DNA of 21,933 nt from Gemmatimonadota bacterium (GCA_031372565.1 JANMLN010000170.1:1-21933); one strand, 5' to 3'; shown: positions 1-9,398, numbered from the stretch's first letter. The notes: generated from the letters alone by a model not told the origin. A program made the numbers and translations.

Positions 1-140
1 AGATGGTGATGCCGGGGGACAACATCCAGATGACGATCGAGCTGATCACGCCGATCGCGATGGAAGAGTCGCTGCGCTTCGCGATCCGCGAAGGCGGGCG
101 CACGGTCGGTGCCGGCGTCGTCACCAAGATTCTCGCGTAA
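1..140 (+). CDS. tuf: Elongation factor Tu, C-terminal fragment (gene begins upstream of window)
   Basis: Frame from base 3 reads [49 protein letters not shown] (TAA 138-140), the typical EF-Tu C-terminus; not in ORF track. Confidence 0.97.
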   Translation, partial: MVMPGDNIQMTIELITPIAMEESLRFAIREGGRTVGAGVVTKILA

Positions 141-161
141 CGTTTTCCTCAGGATATCCCA

Positions 162-470
162 ATGGCAGGTCGCATTCGCATCCGGCTCAAGGCGTTCGAT
201 CACGCCGTCATCGACCAGGCGTCGGCGGACATCGTGCGCACGGCGGAGAAGACGGGGGCTCAGGAGAGCGGCCCGATACCGCTGCCCACGAAGACGCAGC
301 GTTGGACGGTGCTGCGGTCGCCGCACGTGGACAAGAAGAGCCGTGAGCAGTTCGAGCTCAAGACGCACAAGCGCGTGATCGACATCCTCGATTCGCGTGC
401 TCAGACGGTGGACGCGCTGACGAAGCTCGATCTGCCTGCAGGTGTGGACGTCGAAATCAAGGTGGAGTAG
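162..470 (+). CDS. rpsJ: 30S ribosomal protein uS10
   Basis: [32 protein letters not shown] motifs; AGGA SD upstream. Confidence 0.98.
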   Translation: MAGRIRIRLKAFDHAVIDQASADIVRTAEKTGAQESGPIPLPTKTQRWTVLRSPHVDKKSREQFELKTHKRVIDILDSRAQTVDALTKLDLPAGVDVEIKVE

Positions 471-476
471 CAGACC

Positions 477-1151
477 ATGATCGGCATCATTGGCAAGAAG
501 CTGGGGATGACCCAGCTGTTCAACGAGGCGGGGCAGCAGATCCCGGTGACGGTCGTGGAAGCGACGCCGAACACGGTCACGAAGGTGACGACGGCGGGTT
601 TCCAGGCGATCGAGCTCGGGATGGGCAGCCAGCGTCTGGCGCGTCCGTCCAAGGGGAAGGAGCGCACGCCCCGCGGTCGCCGCGCGAACCAGGCGGAGAT
701 CGGCCACGCCAAGAAGGCGGGGCTCGAGGCGCCGCCCGCCGTGCTCAAGTCGGTGCGACTCGATGATGCGCCGGGGAAGAACCCGGAGATCCCGACCTTC
801 GAGCTGGGCCAGAAGCTGACGGTCGAGATGTTCGCGCCCGGCGACATGATCAAGGTCACGGGCACGAGCAAGGGTCGCGGCTTTCAGGGCGTCGTCAAGC
901 GCTATGGCTTCGGCGGCGGTCCGAATACGCACGGCAACACGAAGCACCGCCGTCCCGGTTCCATCGGACCTGGCACGGACCCGTCGCGTGTCATCAAGGG
1001 CAAGAAGATGCCGGGCCACTATGGCGCGGCGCAGCACACCCAGACGCACCTCCGCGTCGAGAAGATCGACGTGGCCCGTAACCTGATCTATATCCGCGGC
1101 TCTGTGGCCGGCCCGAAGTCGGGCATCGTGCTCATCCGCAAGCAGGGCTGA
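477..1151 (+). CDS. rplC: 50S ribosomal protein uL3
   Basis: GKKLGMTQ, GTSKGRGFQGVVKR, PGSIG...KGKKMPG motifs; operon position. Confidence 0.97.
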   Translation: MIGIIGKKLGMTQLFNEAGQQIPVTVVEATPNTVTKVTTAGFQAIELGMGSQRLARPSKGKERTPRGRRANQAEIGHAKKAGLEAPPAVLKSVRLDDAPGKNPEIPTFELGQKLTVEMFAPGDMIKVTGTSKGRGFQGVVKRYGFGGGPNTHGNTKHRRPGSIGPGTDPSRVIKGKKMPGHYGAAQHTQTHLRVEKIDVARNLIYIRGSVAGPKSGIVLIRKQG

Positions 1152-1155
1152 TCCG

Positions 1156-2007
1156 ATGAGTGAACAGAACTTCGAGGCGAAGGCCTTCACGGCGCAGGGC
1201 ACGGCACGCGATGCCGTGTCGTTGCCAGCCGCGCCGTTCGACGGCACGGTCAACATGCCGGTCATGCACCGCGCGGTCACGGCGTACCTGGCCAACCAGC
1301 GTCAGGGCACGGCCGCGACCAAGACGCGCCGGTACGTGGTGGGCGGCAACCAGAAGCCCTGGAAGCAGAAGGGTACTGGCCGCGCCCGTCAGGGCTCGAC
1401 GCGCGCCCCCCACTTCGTGGGCGGCGGCACGGTCTTCGGTCCGCATCCGCGCGACTATGACCTCGGCCTGCCGCGGCAGATGCGCCAGCTGGCGCGCCGC
1501 AGCGCCTTCAACGTCCGCGCCCGCGAGAACGCGGTCCACGTGATCGATGCGTTCAGCTGGGATGCGCCGCGCACGGCCAACATGATCGCCCTGCTCGCGC
1601 GTCTCGACGTCGCCGGCAAGAAGGTGCTCGTGCTGACCGACGGCGTGAAGACGAACGTGTATCTCTCCGGCCGCAACATGCCGAACGTGCTCGTGATGCC
1701 GTACTCCGACGCCAACACCTACCACATCCTGTGGTCGACAGTGGTGCTGGTGGAGGCTGGTGCGATCGGGCACACGCTCGCGCCGGTCACCGAGTCGGCA
1801 CCTGCGCCCGTCAAGAAGAAGGCGGCAGGCCCGAAGGCGCCCAAGGACGCGAAGCTCGTGAAGGCTGAGGCCAAGCGCGAGCGTCAGGCGGCCGCGAAGG
1901 TGCCGGCAAAGAAGAAGGCAGCGGCCCCGAAGGCCGAGGCCGAGGCCGCGCCGGCCGCGAAGAAGACGGCAGCCAAGAAGGCCGCCCCGAAGAAGAAGGA
2001 GCAGTAG
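1156..2007 (+). CDS. rplD: 50S ribosomal protein uL4 with long Lys/Ala-rich C-terminal tail
   Basis: KPWKQKGTGRARQGSTRAPHFVGGGTVFGP motif; operon position. Confidence 0.97.
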   Translation: MSEQNFEAKAFTAQGTARDAVSLPAAPFDGTVNMPVMHRAVTAYLANQRQGTAATKTRRYVVGGNQKPWKQKGTGRARQGSTRAPHFVGGGTVFGPHPRDYDLGLPRQMRQLARRSAFNVRARENAVHVIDAFSWDAPRTANMIALLARLDVAGKKVLVLTDGVKTNVYLSGRNMPNVLVMPYSDANTYHILWSTVVLVEAGAIGHTLAPVTESAPAPVKKKAAGPKAPKDAKLVKAEAKRERQAAAKVPAKKKAAAPKAEAEAAPAAKKTAAKKAAPKKKEQ

Positions 2008-2010
2008 CCG

Positions 2011-2301
2011 ATGTCGACCCTCCATCGCACCATCGTGCGTCCGCTGATCACCGAGAAGAGCTCCGTGGCCTATCAGGCGCGCGGGGAGTACACCTTCGAA
2101 GTGGTGGCCGACGCGACCAAGACGTCGATCAAGCAGGCGATCGAGACGATCTTCGGCGTCCACGTGACGGGCGTCTGGACTTCCCGGCAGCGCGGCAAGG
2201 CGCGCCGGGTGGGACAGACCACGGGCCGCCGTTCCCACTGGAAGAAGGCGATCGTGACGCTGAAGGCTGGCGAGACGATTCCTGACGTCTTCGAGGGTTA
2301 A
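2011..2301 (+). CDS. rplW: 50S ribosomal protein uL23
   Basis: RPLITEKS ... WKKAIVTL motifs. Confidence 0.96.
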   Translation: MSTLHRTIVRPLITEKSSVAYQARGEYTFEVVADATKTSIKQAIETIFGVHVTGVWTSRQRGKARRVGQTTGRRSHWKKAIVTLKAGETIPDVFEG

Positions 2302-2307
2302 CGCGCC

Positions 2308-3138
2308 ATGGGTATTCGCCAGTTCAAGCCAGTGACGAAGGGGACGCGGTTCCGTTCCGTGTCCGACTTCGCCGAGATCACGCGCTCGACGCCAGAGAAG
2401 TCGCTGGTCGAGCCGCTCACCAAGAGCGGCGGCCGCGACAATCACGGTCACATCTCGATGCGCCGCCGCGGTGGCGGTCACAAGCGGATGTACCGCAAGG
2501 TCGATTTCAAGCGCAACAAGCATGGCGTGCCGGCGACGGTCACGCACATCGAGTACGACCCGAACCGCTCGGCGCGCATCGCGCTGATCACGTACGCGGA
2601 CGGGGAGAAGCGCTACATCCTGCACCCGAAGGGACTGGCCGTCGGCGACACCGTGGTGTCGGGGCCGGGCTCGGACGTGCGGACGGGGAACACCCTGCCG
2701 CTGGGTGAGGTGCCGCTCGGCACGGACGTGCACAACGTGGAGCTCGTGCCCGGGAAGGGCGGCCAGTTGGCGCGGTCGGCCGGCGTGTCACTGCAGGTGG
2801 TGGCCAAGGAAGGGGACTACGTGACGCTGCGCATGGCGTCCACCGAGATGCGGATGCTGCACCATCGTTGCCTGGCGACAGTCGGCGTGGTGGGGAACGC
2901 GGAGCACGAGTTGATCTCGTGGGGCAAGGCGGGCAAGACGCGCTGGAAGGGGCGTCGCCCGAAGGTGCGCGGTGAAGTGATGAATCCTGTGGACCACCCG
3001 CATGGTGGCCGCACGCGCGGCGGCCGGAACGTGGTGAGCCCGTGGGGCAAGAAGGAAGGCGTGAAGACACGCAACAAGAAGAAGCCGTCGCAGCGCTTGA
3101 TCGTGCGCGGCCGCAAGCGTGGCAAGGCGACGCAGTAA
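2308..3138 (+). CDS. rplB: 50S ribosomal protein uL2
   Basis: [34 protein letters not shown] motifs. Confidence 0.98.
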   Translation: MGIRQFKPVTKGTRFRSVSDFAEITRSTPEKSLVEPLTKSGGRDNHGHISMRRRGGGHKRMYRKVDFKRNKHGVPATVTHIEYDPNRSARIALITYADGEKRYILHPKGLAVGDTVVSGPGSDVRTGNTLPLGEVPLGTDVHNVELVPGKGGQLARSAGVSLQVVAKEGDYVTLRMASTEMRMLHHRCLATVGVVGNAEHELISWGKAGKTRWKGRRPKVRGEVMNPVDHPHGGRTRGGRNVVSPWGKKEGVKTRNKKKPSQRLIVRGRKRGKATQ

Positions 3139-3156
3139 CCGGGGACTCCAGAGACC

Positions 3157-3468
3157 ATGGGACGCAGCATTCGCAAGGGACCGTTTGTCCATGAGAGCCT
3201 CCTGAAGAAGGTGGCCCAGATGAACGCCCGCAGTGAGAAGAAGGTCATCAAGACCTGGTCGCGCGCGAGCACGGTGCTCCCCGACTTCGTGGGCCACACG
3301 TTTGCCGTGCACAACGGGAACAAGTTCATTCCCGTGTACGTGACGGAAAACATGGTGGGGCACAAGCTGGGTGAGTTCGCGCCGACGCGCCTGTTCCGTG
3401 GTCACACGGCGCAGGGCAAGGTGTCGGATTCGAAGGCGAAGCCGTCACCAGCCAAGGGAGGCAAGTAA
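3157..3468 (+). CDS. rpsS: 30S ribosomal protein uS19
   Basis: [28 protein letters not shown] motifs. Confidence 0.98.
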   Translation: MGRSIRKGPFVHESLLKKVAQMNARSEKKVIKTWSRASTVLPDFVGHTFAVHNGNKFIPVYVTENMVGHKLGEFAPTRLFRGHTAQGKVSDSKAKPSPAKGGK

Positions 3469-3471
3469 CCC

Positions 3472-3834
3472 ATGGCGATGCAGGCACACGCGATTCAGCG
3501 TACGGCGCGTCAGTCGCCGTACAAGATGCGGCTGGTCATCGACCAGATCCGCGGCATGAATGTCAACGAGGCGCTCGCGCTGTTGACGTTCTCGAAGAAT
3601 CACGCCGCGGTGCAGATCAAGAAGGTGCTCCAGAGCGCGGTGGCGAACGCCGAGCAGGCGGCGCGCCGTGACAACACGCCGCTGGACGTGGACATGCTCT
3701 ACGTGCAGAAGGCGATCATCAACGAGGGGCCGAAGCTGAAGCGCTTCATGCCGGCCGCGATGGGCCGCGCGACCCCGATCCACAAGCGTACGAGCCACGT
3801 CGAGATTGTCGTGGCCGCCAAGGAAGGTCGCTGA
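3472..3834 (+). CDS. rplV: 50S ribosomal protein uL22
   Basis: [38 protein letters not shown] motifs; start could be ATG 3478. Confidence 0.97.
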   Translation: MAMQAHAIQRTARQSPYKMRLVIDQIRGMNVNEALALLTFSKNHAAVQIKKVLQSAVANAEQAARRDNTPLDVDMLYVQKAIINEGPKLKRFMPAAMGRATPIHKRTSHVEIVVAAKEGR

Positions 3835-4493
3835 TGGGACAGAAGACGAATCCGATCGGATTCCGCCTGGGCGTCACGAAGCAGTGGCGTTCCCGCTGGT
3901 ATGCCGGCCGTGACTTTCCGGCGCTCATCAAGGAAGACGAGCTGCTGCGGAAGTACCTGAAGGCCCGACTCGCGAACGCCGCGATCTCGGACATCACGAT
4001 CGAGCGGAAGCCGGGGAAGGTCGTCGTGACCATCCACACGGGCCGTCCCGGCGTGGTGATCGGGAAGAAGGGCGCCGAGGTGGACAAGCTGCGCGACGAA
4101 CTGGCGCAGCTGACCGGCAAGGAAGTGGGCGTGAACGTCGAGGAGATCAAGCGTCCCGAGGTCGAGGCGCAGTTGGTGGCGGACAACATCGCCCAGCAGC
4201 TGGCGCAGCGCATCTCGTTCCGCCGCGCGATGAAGCGCGCGGTGCAGAGCGCGATGCGGATGGGCGCGCTGGGGATCAAGGTGAAGGCGGGTGGCCGTCT
4301 GGGCGGCGCGGAGATCGCGCGCGTGGAAGGGTATCATGAGGGGCGTGTGCCTCTGCACACGCTGCGCGCCGACATCGACTATGCGACGAGCACGGCGAAG
4401 ACGACGTTCGGCACCATCGGGATCAAGGTGTGGATCTTCAAGGGTGAGATCGTGGACGACCGCCGTGGTTCGACCTTCTCTTCCGACGCGTGA
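3834..4493 (+). CDS. rpsC: 30S ribosomal protein uS3
   Basis: [15 protein letters not shown] motif [29 protein letters not shown] overlap with rplV. Confidence 0.98.
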   Translation: MGQKTNPIGFRLGVTKQWRSRWYAGRDFPALIKEDELLRKYLKARLANAAISDITIERKPGKVVVTIHTGRPGVVIGKKGAEVDKLRDELAQLTGKEVGVNVEEIKRPEVEAQLVADNIAQQLAQRISFRRAMKRAVQSAMRMGALGIKVKAGGRLGGAEIARVEGYHEGRVPLHTLRADIDYATSTAKTTFGTIGIKVWIFKGEIVDDRRGSTFSSDA

Positions 4494-4503
4494 GGATTGA
4501 CCG

Positions 4504-4932
4504 ATGCTGAGTCCGAAGCGCGTCAAGTTCCGCAAGATGTTCAAGGGTCGCACGAAGGGGCTCGCCACGCGTGGTGCCGAGGTGTCATTCGGTCACTACG
4601 GGTTGCAGGCGCTTGAGCCGGGGTGGGTGACCAACCGGCAGATCGAGGCGGCCCGTGTGGCGCTCACGCGTCACATCAAGCGTGGCGGCAAGGTGTGGAT
4701 CCGGATTTTCCCGGACAAGCCGATCACGAAGAAGCCGGCGGAAACCCGCATGGGCAAGGGCAAGGGGTCACCGGAAGGCTGGGTGGCCGTGGTGAAGCCG
4801 GGCCGGATCCTGTTCGAGCTGGAGGGGGTGACCCCGGAGATCGCCGTGAAGGCGATGGCGCTCGCGCAGGCGAAGATCGGGCTCAAGACGAAGTTTGTGG
4901 CTCGCGAGGAGGCGAACAACAATGAAGGCTGA
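4504..4932 (+). CDS. rplP: 50S ribosomal protein uL16
   Basis: [26 protein letters not shown] motifs. Confidence 0.98.
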   Translation: MLSPKRVKFRKMFKGRTKGLATRGAEVSFGHYGLQALEPGWVTNRQIEAARVALTRHIKRGGKVWIRIFPDKPITKKPAETRMGKGKGSPEGWVAVVKPGRILFELEGVTPEIAVKAMALAQAKIGLKTKFVAREEANNNEG

Positions 4933-5134
4933 AGACCTGCGCAACCAGTCGGATGAGGAGCTTCGCCGCAAGCTGGCCGAGCTCACCGAGGAGCGCTTTC
5001 GTCTCCGCTTCCGCGGCGCGACCCAGCCGCTAGAGGATCCGTTGCGCCTGCGCGTGATCCGGAAGGCTGTGGCACGCATCAACACGATCCTCCGCGAACG
5101 CGCGCTGTCGGTTAGCGCCGGCGCGGGCCGCTAG
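4922..5134 (+). CDS. rpmC: 50S ribosomal protein uL29
   Basis: MKAEDLR...LRFR...[14 protein letters not shown]; start moved to ATG 4922 behind GGAGG SD, overlapping end of rplP. Confidence 0.93.
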   Translation: MKAEDLRNQSDEELRRKLAELTEERFRLRFRGATQPLEDPLRLRVIRKAVARINTILRERALSVSAGAGR

Positions 5135-5150
5135 GAGGAACCGAGGACCG

Positions 5151-5432
5151 ATGGAACCCGTGAGCCAGGAACAGACGACCCCGCGGCCGGCGCGCAAGAT
5201 GCGCACCGGGCTGGTGGTCAGCGACAAGATGCAGAAGACGGTGGTGGTGGCGATTGAACGTCGCGTGCCGCACCCGGTCTATGGCAAGATGGTGACCCGG
5301 ACGACGCGCCTGAAGGCGCACTGTGAGGACAACAGTGCGAAGGCAGGTGATACCGTGCGGATCGTGGAGACCCGGCCCTTGTCGAAGGACAAGCGGTGGC
5401 GCGTGGTCGAGATCGTCGAACGCGCGCGCTAG
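5151..5432 (+). CDS. rpsQ: 30S ribosomal protein uS17
   Basis: [31 protein letters not shown] motifs. Confidence 0.97.
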   Translation: MEPVSQEQTTPRPARKMRTGLVVSDKMQKTVVVAIERRVPHPVYGKMVTRTTRLKAHCEDNSAKAGDTVRIVETRPLSKDKRWRVVEIVERAR

Positions 5433-5444
5433 GAGAAGCGGACC

Positions 5445-5813
5445 ATGATTCAGCAGGAGAGCGTGGTGAAGGTCGCGGACAACTCGGGCGCGAAGCGTGC
5501 GCTCGTGATCCGCGTCCTCGGGGGCACCCGGCGGCGCTATGCGGGACTGGGCGATACCGTGATCGTGGCGGTGAAGGACGCCCTCCCGAACGGAACCGTG
5601 AAGAAGTCGGAGGTGGCGCGCGCCGTGGTGGTGCGCACCGTGAAGGAGACCCGTCGGAAGGATGGCAGCTACATCCGCTTCGACGAGAATGCCGTCGTGA
5701 TCATCAACGAGAATGGTGAGCCGCGGGCGACGCGCATCTTCGGGCCGGTGGCCCGCGAGCTGCGCGAGAAGAAGTACATGAAGATCGTCTCGCTGGCCCC
5801 GGAGGTCTTGTAA
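5445..5813 (+). CDS. rplN: 50S ribosomal protein uL14
   Basis: MIQQES-VADNSGA ... [11 protein letters not shown] ... SLAPEVL. Confidence 0.98.
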   Translation: MIQQESVVKVADNSGAKRALVIRVLGGTRRRYAGLGDTVIVAVKDALPNGTVKKSEVARAVVVRTVKETRRKDGSYIRFDENAVVIINENGEPRATRIFGPVARELREKKYMKIVSLAPEVL

Positions 5814-5814
5814 C

Positions 5815-6216
5815 ATGCGCGTACTCAAGCATCGCGCGACCGAGGGTCGCCTCCGCAAGGTGCGTCACGCGCACGGCGCGGAGCGGACCAAGACGCGCAT
5901 CATGAAGGGCGACGTGGTGAAGATTCTCCGCGGCGACGACAAGGGGAAGGAAGGGAAGGTGTTGGAGATCCTTCCGAAGACCAACCGCGTGCTCGTCGAG
6001 GGGATCAACATCGTGAAGCGCCACCAGCGGGCGCGGAGCGCCGAGGAACAGAGCGGCATCATCGAGAAGCCGGCGCCGATGGCGCTGTCGAACGTGATGC
6101 TCATTGACCCGAAGTCCGGAAAGGCGACGCGCATCAGGGCGCGGATCGATGCTGACGGGACGAAGGAGCGGCTGAGCGCGAAGTCGGGCGAGTCGATCGC
6201 CCGGCCGGCCCGCTAG
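5815..6216 (+). CDS. rplX: 50S ribosomal protein uL24 with basic N-terminal extension
   Basis: KOW motif [31 protein letters not shown]. Confidence 0.95.
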   Translation: MRVLKHRATEGRLRKVRHAHGAERTKTRIMKGDVVKILRGDDKGKEGKVLEILPKTNRVLVEGINIVKRHQRARSAEEQSGIIEKPAPMALSNVMLIDPKSGKATRIRARIDADGTKERLSAKSGESIARPAR

Positions 6217-6234
6217 CCCCCAGAGGACAGAATC

Positions 6235-6921
6235 ATGGCGACCAAGGAAAAGAAGGGCGCGGAGAAGGGGAGCAAGGCGTCGGCCGGGTCTGGCAAGGGC
6301 CAGCGCCAGGGGTCGATGCTCCCGACGTCGCACGCCGGCAGTGACCGGCCGGTGCCGGCGCCCCGTCTCAAGGCGCATTACACCGATCAGGTGCGCGAGC
6401 GCCTGAAGAAGCAGTTCAGCCTGGAGAACCCGCACCAGATCCCGAACCTCGAGAAGGTCGTGATCAATGTCGGGCTCGGCGAAGCGATCAAGCAGCCCAA
6501 GCTGCTCGACGTGATCGTCGAGGAGCTCGCGCTGATCACCGGCCAGCGTCCGGTTCGCAAGAAGGCGAAGAAGTCGATCGCCAACTACGGACTGCGCGAG
6601 GGGCAGGAGATCGGGGCGGCCGTCACGCTGCGCGGCACGCGCATGTGGGAGTTCGTCGACCGGTTCATCTCGACGGCGGTGCCACGCATCCGCGACTTCC
6701 GCGGGCTGGGCACGCGCTCGTTTGACGGCCGCGGGAACTACTCCGTGGGCATCAAGGAGCAGATGATCTTCCCGGAGATCAACTTCGACAACGTCGACTT
6801 GATCCACGGCATGGACATCACGTTCGTCACGACGACGAATCGCGACGACCACGCGCTGGCACTGTTGAAGGAACTTGGCATGCCGTTCCGCGGCGAAGAC
6901 CGCGCCGCGAACGCCCGCTGA
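6235..6921 (+). CDS. rplE: 50S ribosomal protein uL5 with ~40-aa N-terminal extension
   Basis: ITGQRP, PRIRDFRG, SFDGRGNY, IFPEI motifs; GAGG SD before ATG 6235. Confidence 0.97.
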   Translation: MATKEKKGAEKGSKASAGSGKGQRQGSMLPTSHAGSDRPVPAPRLKAHYTDQVRERLKKQFSLENPHQIPNLEKVVINVGLGEAIKQPKLLDVIVEELALITGQRPVRKKAKKSIANYGLREGQEIGAAVTLRGTRMWEFVDRFISTAVPRIRDFRGLGTRSFDGRGNYSVGIKEQMIFPEINFDNVDLIHGMDITFVTTTNRDDHALALLKELGMPFRGEDRAANAR

Positions 6922-6936
6922 GCCAACGAGGATCCC

Positions 6937-7242
6937 ATGGCGAAGAAGAGCAGCATCGAGAAGAACGACCGCCGCAAGGCGACGGTCCTGCAGTACGCGG
7001 AGAAGCGCCGGAAGCTGAAGGCGATCCTCCGGGACCCGAAGGCGTCCGAGGCCGACAAGGCCAAGGCGTACACGGCGCTGATGAAGCAGCCGCGCGACGC
7101 CTCCGCGACGCGCGTGCGCAACCGGTGCAGCATGACCGGCCGTTCACGCGCCTACATCGGCACCTTCGGTCTCGGCCGCATGGCGTTCCGCGACATGGCC
7201 CTCAACGGGCTGATCCCCGGCGTCCGCAAGGCGAGCTGGTAA
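6937..7242 (+). CDS. rpsN: 30S ribosomal protein uS14, long (101 aa) form lacking the zinc ribbon
   Basis: MAKKSSI ... [14 protein letters not shown] ... [11 protein letters not shown]; only one Cys. Confidence 0.97.
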   Translation: MAKKSSIEKNDRRKATVLQYAEKRRKLKAILRDPKASEADKAKAYTALMKQPRDASATRVRNRCSMTGRSRAYIGTFGLGRMAFRDMALNGLIPGVRKASW

Positions 7243-7265
7243 GCTCGCCTTCGCACGCCTTCACC

Positions 7266-7299
7266 TCCTACAGGTCCGGCTGGACCGGATACCATAGGA
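7266..7299 (+). promoter_or_regulatory. Candidate uS8-binding mRNA hairpin (16S helix-21 mimic) covering the rpsH Shine-Dalgarno
   Basis: UCCUA-C-A-GGUCCGG-(CUGGA)-CCGG-AUA-CC-A-UAGGA; 3' arm contains AGGA 7 nt before ATG 7307. Confidence 0.65.
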
Positions 7300-7306
7300 C
7301 TCTGAC

Positions 7307-7708
7307 ATGAGCATGACCGACCCGATCGCCGATATGCTGACGCGTATCCGGAATGCTTGCGGAAGCAATCACCGGCGCGTTGACCTTCCGGCGAGCAAGA
7401 TGAAGACGGAAGTGGCGCGTCTCCTCAAGGAGAACGCCTTCATCCACGACTACCGCCTCGTCGAGAATGACGAGGGCCGTCCGATGCTGCGCGTGATCCT
7501 CAAGTACGCGCATGGCGGCCAGTCGGTGATCCGTGAGCTGCACCGCGTGTCGACGCCGGGCCTGCGCAAGTACGTGGGCGTGAGCGAGATCCCGCGCGTG
7601 CGCAACGGGCTCGGCATTGCCATCCTCTCGACCTCGCGCGGACTGATGTCCGACCGCGAGGCGCGCGCCTCCCGTACCGGCGGCGAACTGCTCGCCGTCA
7701 TTTGGTAG
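7307..7708 (+). CDS. rpsH: 30S ribosomal protein uS8
   Basis: MSMTDPIADMLTRIRNA, RVSTPGLRKY, GLGIAILSTSRG motifs. Confidence 0.98.
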   Translation: MSMTDPIADMLTRIRNACGSNHRRVDLPASKMKTEVARLLKENAFIHDYRLVENDEGRPMLRVILKYAHGGQSVIRELHRVSTPGLRKYVGVSEIPRVRNGLGIAILSTSRGLMSDREARASRTGGELLAVIW

Positions 7709-7716
7709 GAGGCACC

Positions 7717-8256
7717 ATGTCGCGAATTGGAAAGCGCCCGATCCCGCTGCCGGCGGGGGTGACCGCCACGATCACCGGGCACGATATCAAGGTGAAGGGC
7801 CCGAACGGCGAGCTGTCGCGTGCGCTGCACCCCGAGCTGGTGGTGGAAGTCACGCCGACCGAACTGCTGGTGAAGCGTCCGTCCGAGGAGACGCGCCACA
7901 AGGCGCTGCACGGACTGACGCGCACCCTGGTCGCCAACATGGTCGAAGGGGTGACCAAGGGCTATCGGAAGGAGCTGCAGATCACGGGCGTCGGCTACAA
8001 GGCCGAAGTGAAGCCCTACGGGCTGTTGCTCTCGGTCGGGTACTCGCACACGATCGAGGTCAAGGCGCCGGCGGGGATCAAGCTCACCGCGCCGCAGCCG
8101 ACGCAGGTGCTCGTGGACGGAGCCGACAAGGAGAAGGTTGGGCAGGTGGCTGCGGAGATCCGCAACCTGCGTCCGCCCGAGCCGTACAAGGGCAAGGGAA
8201 TCAAGTACGCCGGCGAAGTAGTCCGGCGAAAGGCCGGCAAGGCGGGGGGTAAGTAA
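7717..8256 (+). CDS. rplF: 50S ribosomal protein uL6
   Basis: MSRIGKRPI, HGLTRTLVANMVEGV, RPPEPYKGKGIKY; start ATG 7717 after AGGAGG. Confidence 0.98.
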   Translation: MSRIGKRPIPLPAGVTATITGHDIKVKGPNGELSRALHPELVVEVTPTELLVKRPSEETRHKALHGLTRTLVANMVEGVTKGYRKELQITGVGYKAEVKPYGLLLSVGYSHTIEVKAPAGIKLTAPQPTQVLVDGADKEKVGQVAAEIRNLRPPEPYKGKGIKYAGEVVRRKAGKAGGK

Positions 8257-8259
8257 GCG

Positions 8260-8613
8260 ATGCGAGTTCGTAATCCGAAGACGCGCCAGGAGCTGCGCGC
8301 GCGCCGTCACCTGCGCGTACGCAAGCGCGTGACCGGTGTCGCCGAGCGCCCCCGGCTGGTGGTGTTCCGTTCGCTCAAGCACATCATGGTGCAGCTCGTC
8401 GACGACGTCGCGCGGCACACGCTGATGACGGTGAGCGACCAGAAGCTCACGGGCAAGAAGATGGAGAAGTCGGTGGCGGTCGGAAAGCTGATCGCCGAGA
8501 AGGCCAAGGCGGCTGGGATTGCCAAGGTGGTCTTCGACCGTGGCGGGTACAAGTTCCATGGCCGAGTGAAGGCTGTGGCCGATGGCGCCCGAGAGGGCGG
8601 CCTGGAGTTCTGA
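8260..8613 (+). CDS. rplR: 50S ribosomal protein uL18
   Basis: [41 protein letters not shown]. Confidence 0.97.
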   Translation: MRVRNPKTRQELRARRHLRVRKRVTGVAERPRLVVFRSLKHIMVQLVDDVARHTLMTVSDQKLTGKKMEKSVAVGKLIAEKAKAAGIAKVVFDRGGYKFHGRVKAVADGAREGGLEF

Positions 8614-8615
8614 TC

Positions 8616-9398
8616 ATGGCTGAAATCGGTGGGTCGGGCGTGCCAGGCGGCGCAGGTGGCAACCGTGCTCCGTCGGCGCGTAGCGGCGGCGGGCGTGGTG
8701 GTCCCGGTGGTGGTCGCGGGCGCGGTGGCCCGGGCGCAGGGCGCGGCGGACCGGGGCGTGGAGCTCCGGGCGGCGGTGCGGGCGGCCGTGGCGGCGATGG
8801 TCGTGGCGCGCCGGGTGGCGGCGGGGATCGTTCCCGCGGTCGTGACGGTGGTCGTGGCGGCGCCCCGCAGGGCGATCGCGAGGGGAGCGATCTCCTCGAG
8901 AACGTGATCGCGATCAATCGCGTCGCGAAGGTGGTGAAGGGCGGCCGCCGGTTCTCCTTCAACGCGCTGGTCGCCGTTGGCGACGGGCAGGGGAAGGTGG
9001 GCTATGCGACCGGCAAGGCGAACGAAGTGTCGGAGGCTGTCCGCAAGGCGGTCGACGGGGCGCGTCGCCACATGGTCCAGATTCCGCGGACGGGCAACAC
9101 GATTCCTCACGAGATCATCGGCCAGCACGGCGCCGGTCGCGTCTGGATGAAGCCGGCCGCGCCGGGTACCGGTGCGATCGCGGGGGGCGCGGTTCGCGCG
9201 ATCCTCGAGTGCGCCGGCATCACCGACATTCTCACGAAGAGCCTCGGCTCCACCAACCCGCATAACATGGTGCGGGCCATGATGGACGGGCTGACGCAGC
9301 TGACGACGGTAGAGCAGATCGCGAAGGAACGCGGGCTCGACGTCTCGGCGTTGCAGTATCGTTCGCGCGCCAAGGTCAAGGAGGTGACGCATGGCTAG
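8616..9398 (+). CDS. rpsE: 30S ribosomal protein uS5 with ~90-aa Gly/Arg-rich N-terminal extension
   Basis: [42 protein letters not shown] motifs. Confidence 0.96.
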   Translation: MAEIGGSGVPGGAGGNRAPSARSGGGRGGPGGGRGRGGPGAGRGGPGRGAPGGGAGGRGGDGRGAPGGGGDRSRGRDGGRGGAPQGDREGSDLLENVIAINRVAKVVKGGRRFSFNALVAVGDGQGKVGYATGKANEVSEAVRKAVDGARRHMVQIPRTGNTIPHEIIGQHGAGRVWMKPAAPGTGAIAGGAVRAILECAGITDILTKSLGSTNPHNMVRAMMDGLTQLTTVEQIAKERGLDVSALQYRSRAKVKEVTHG

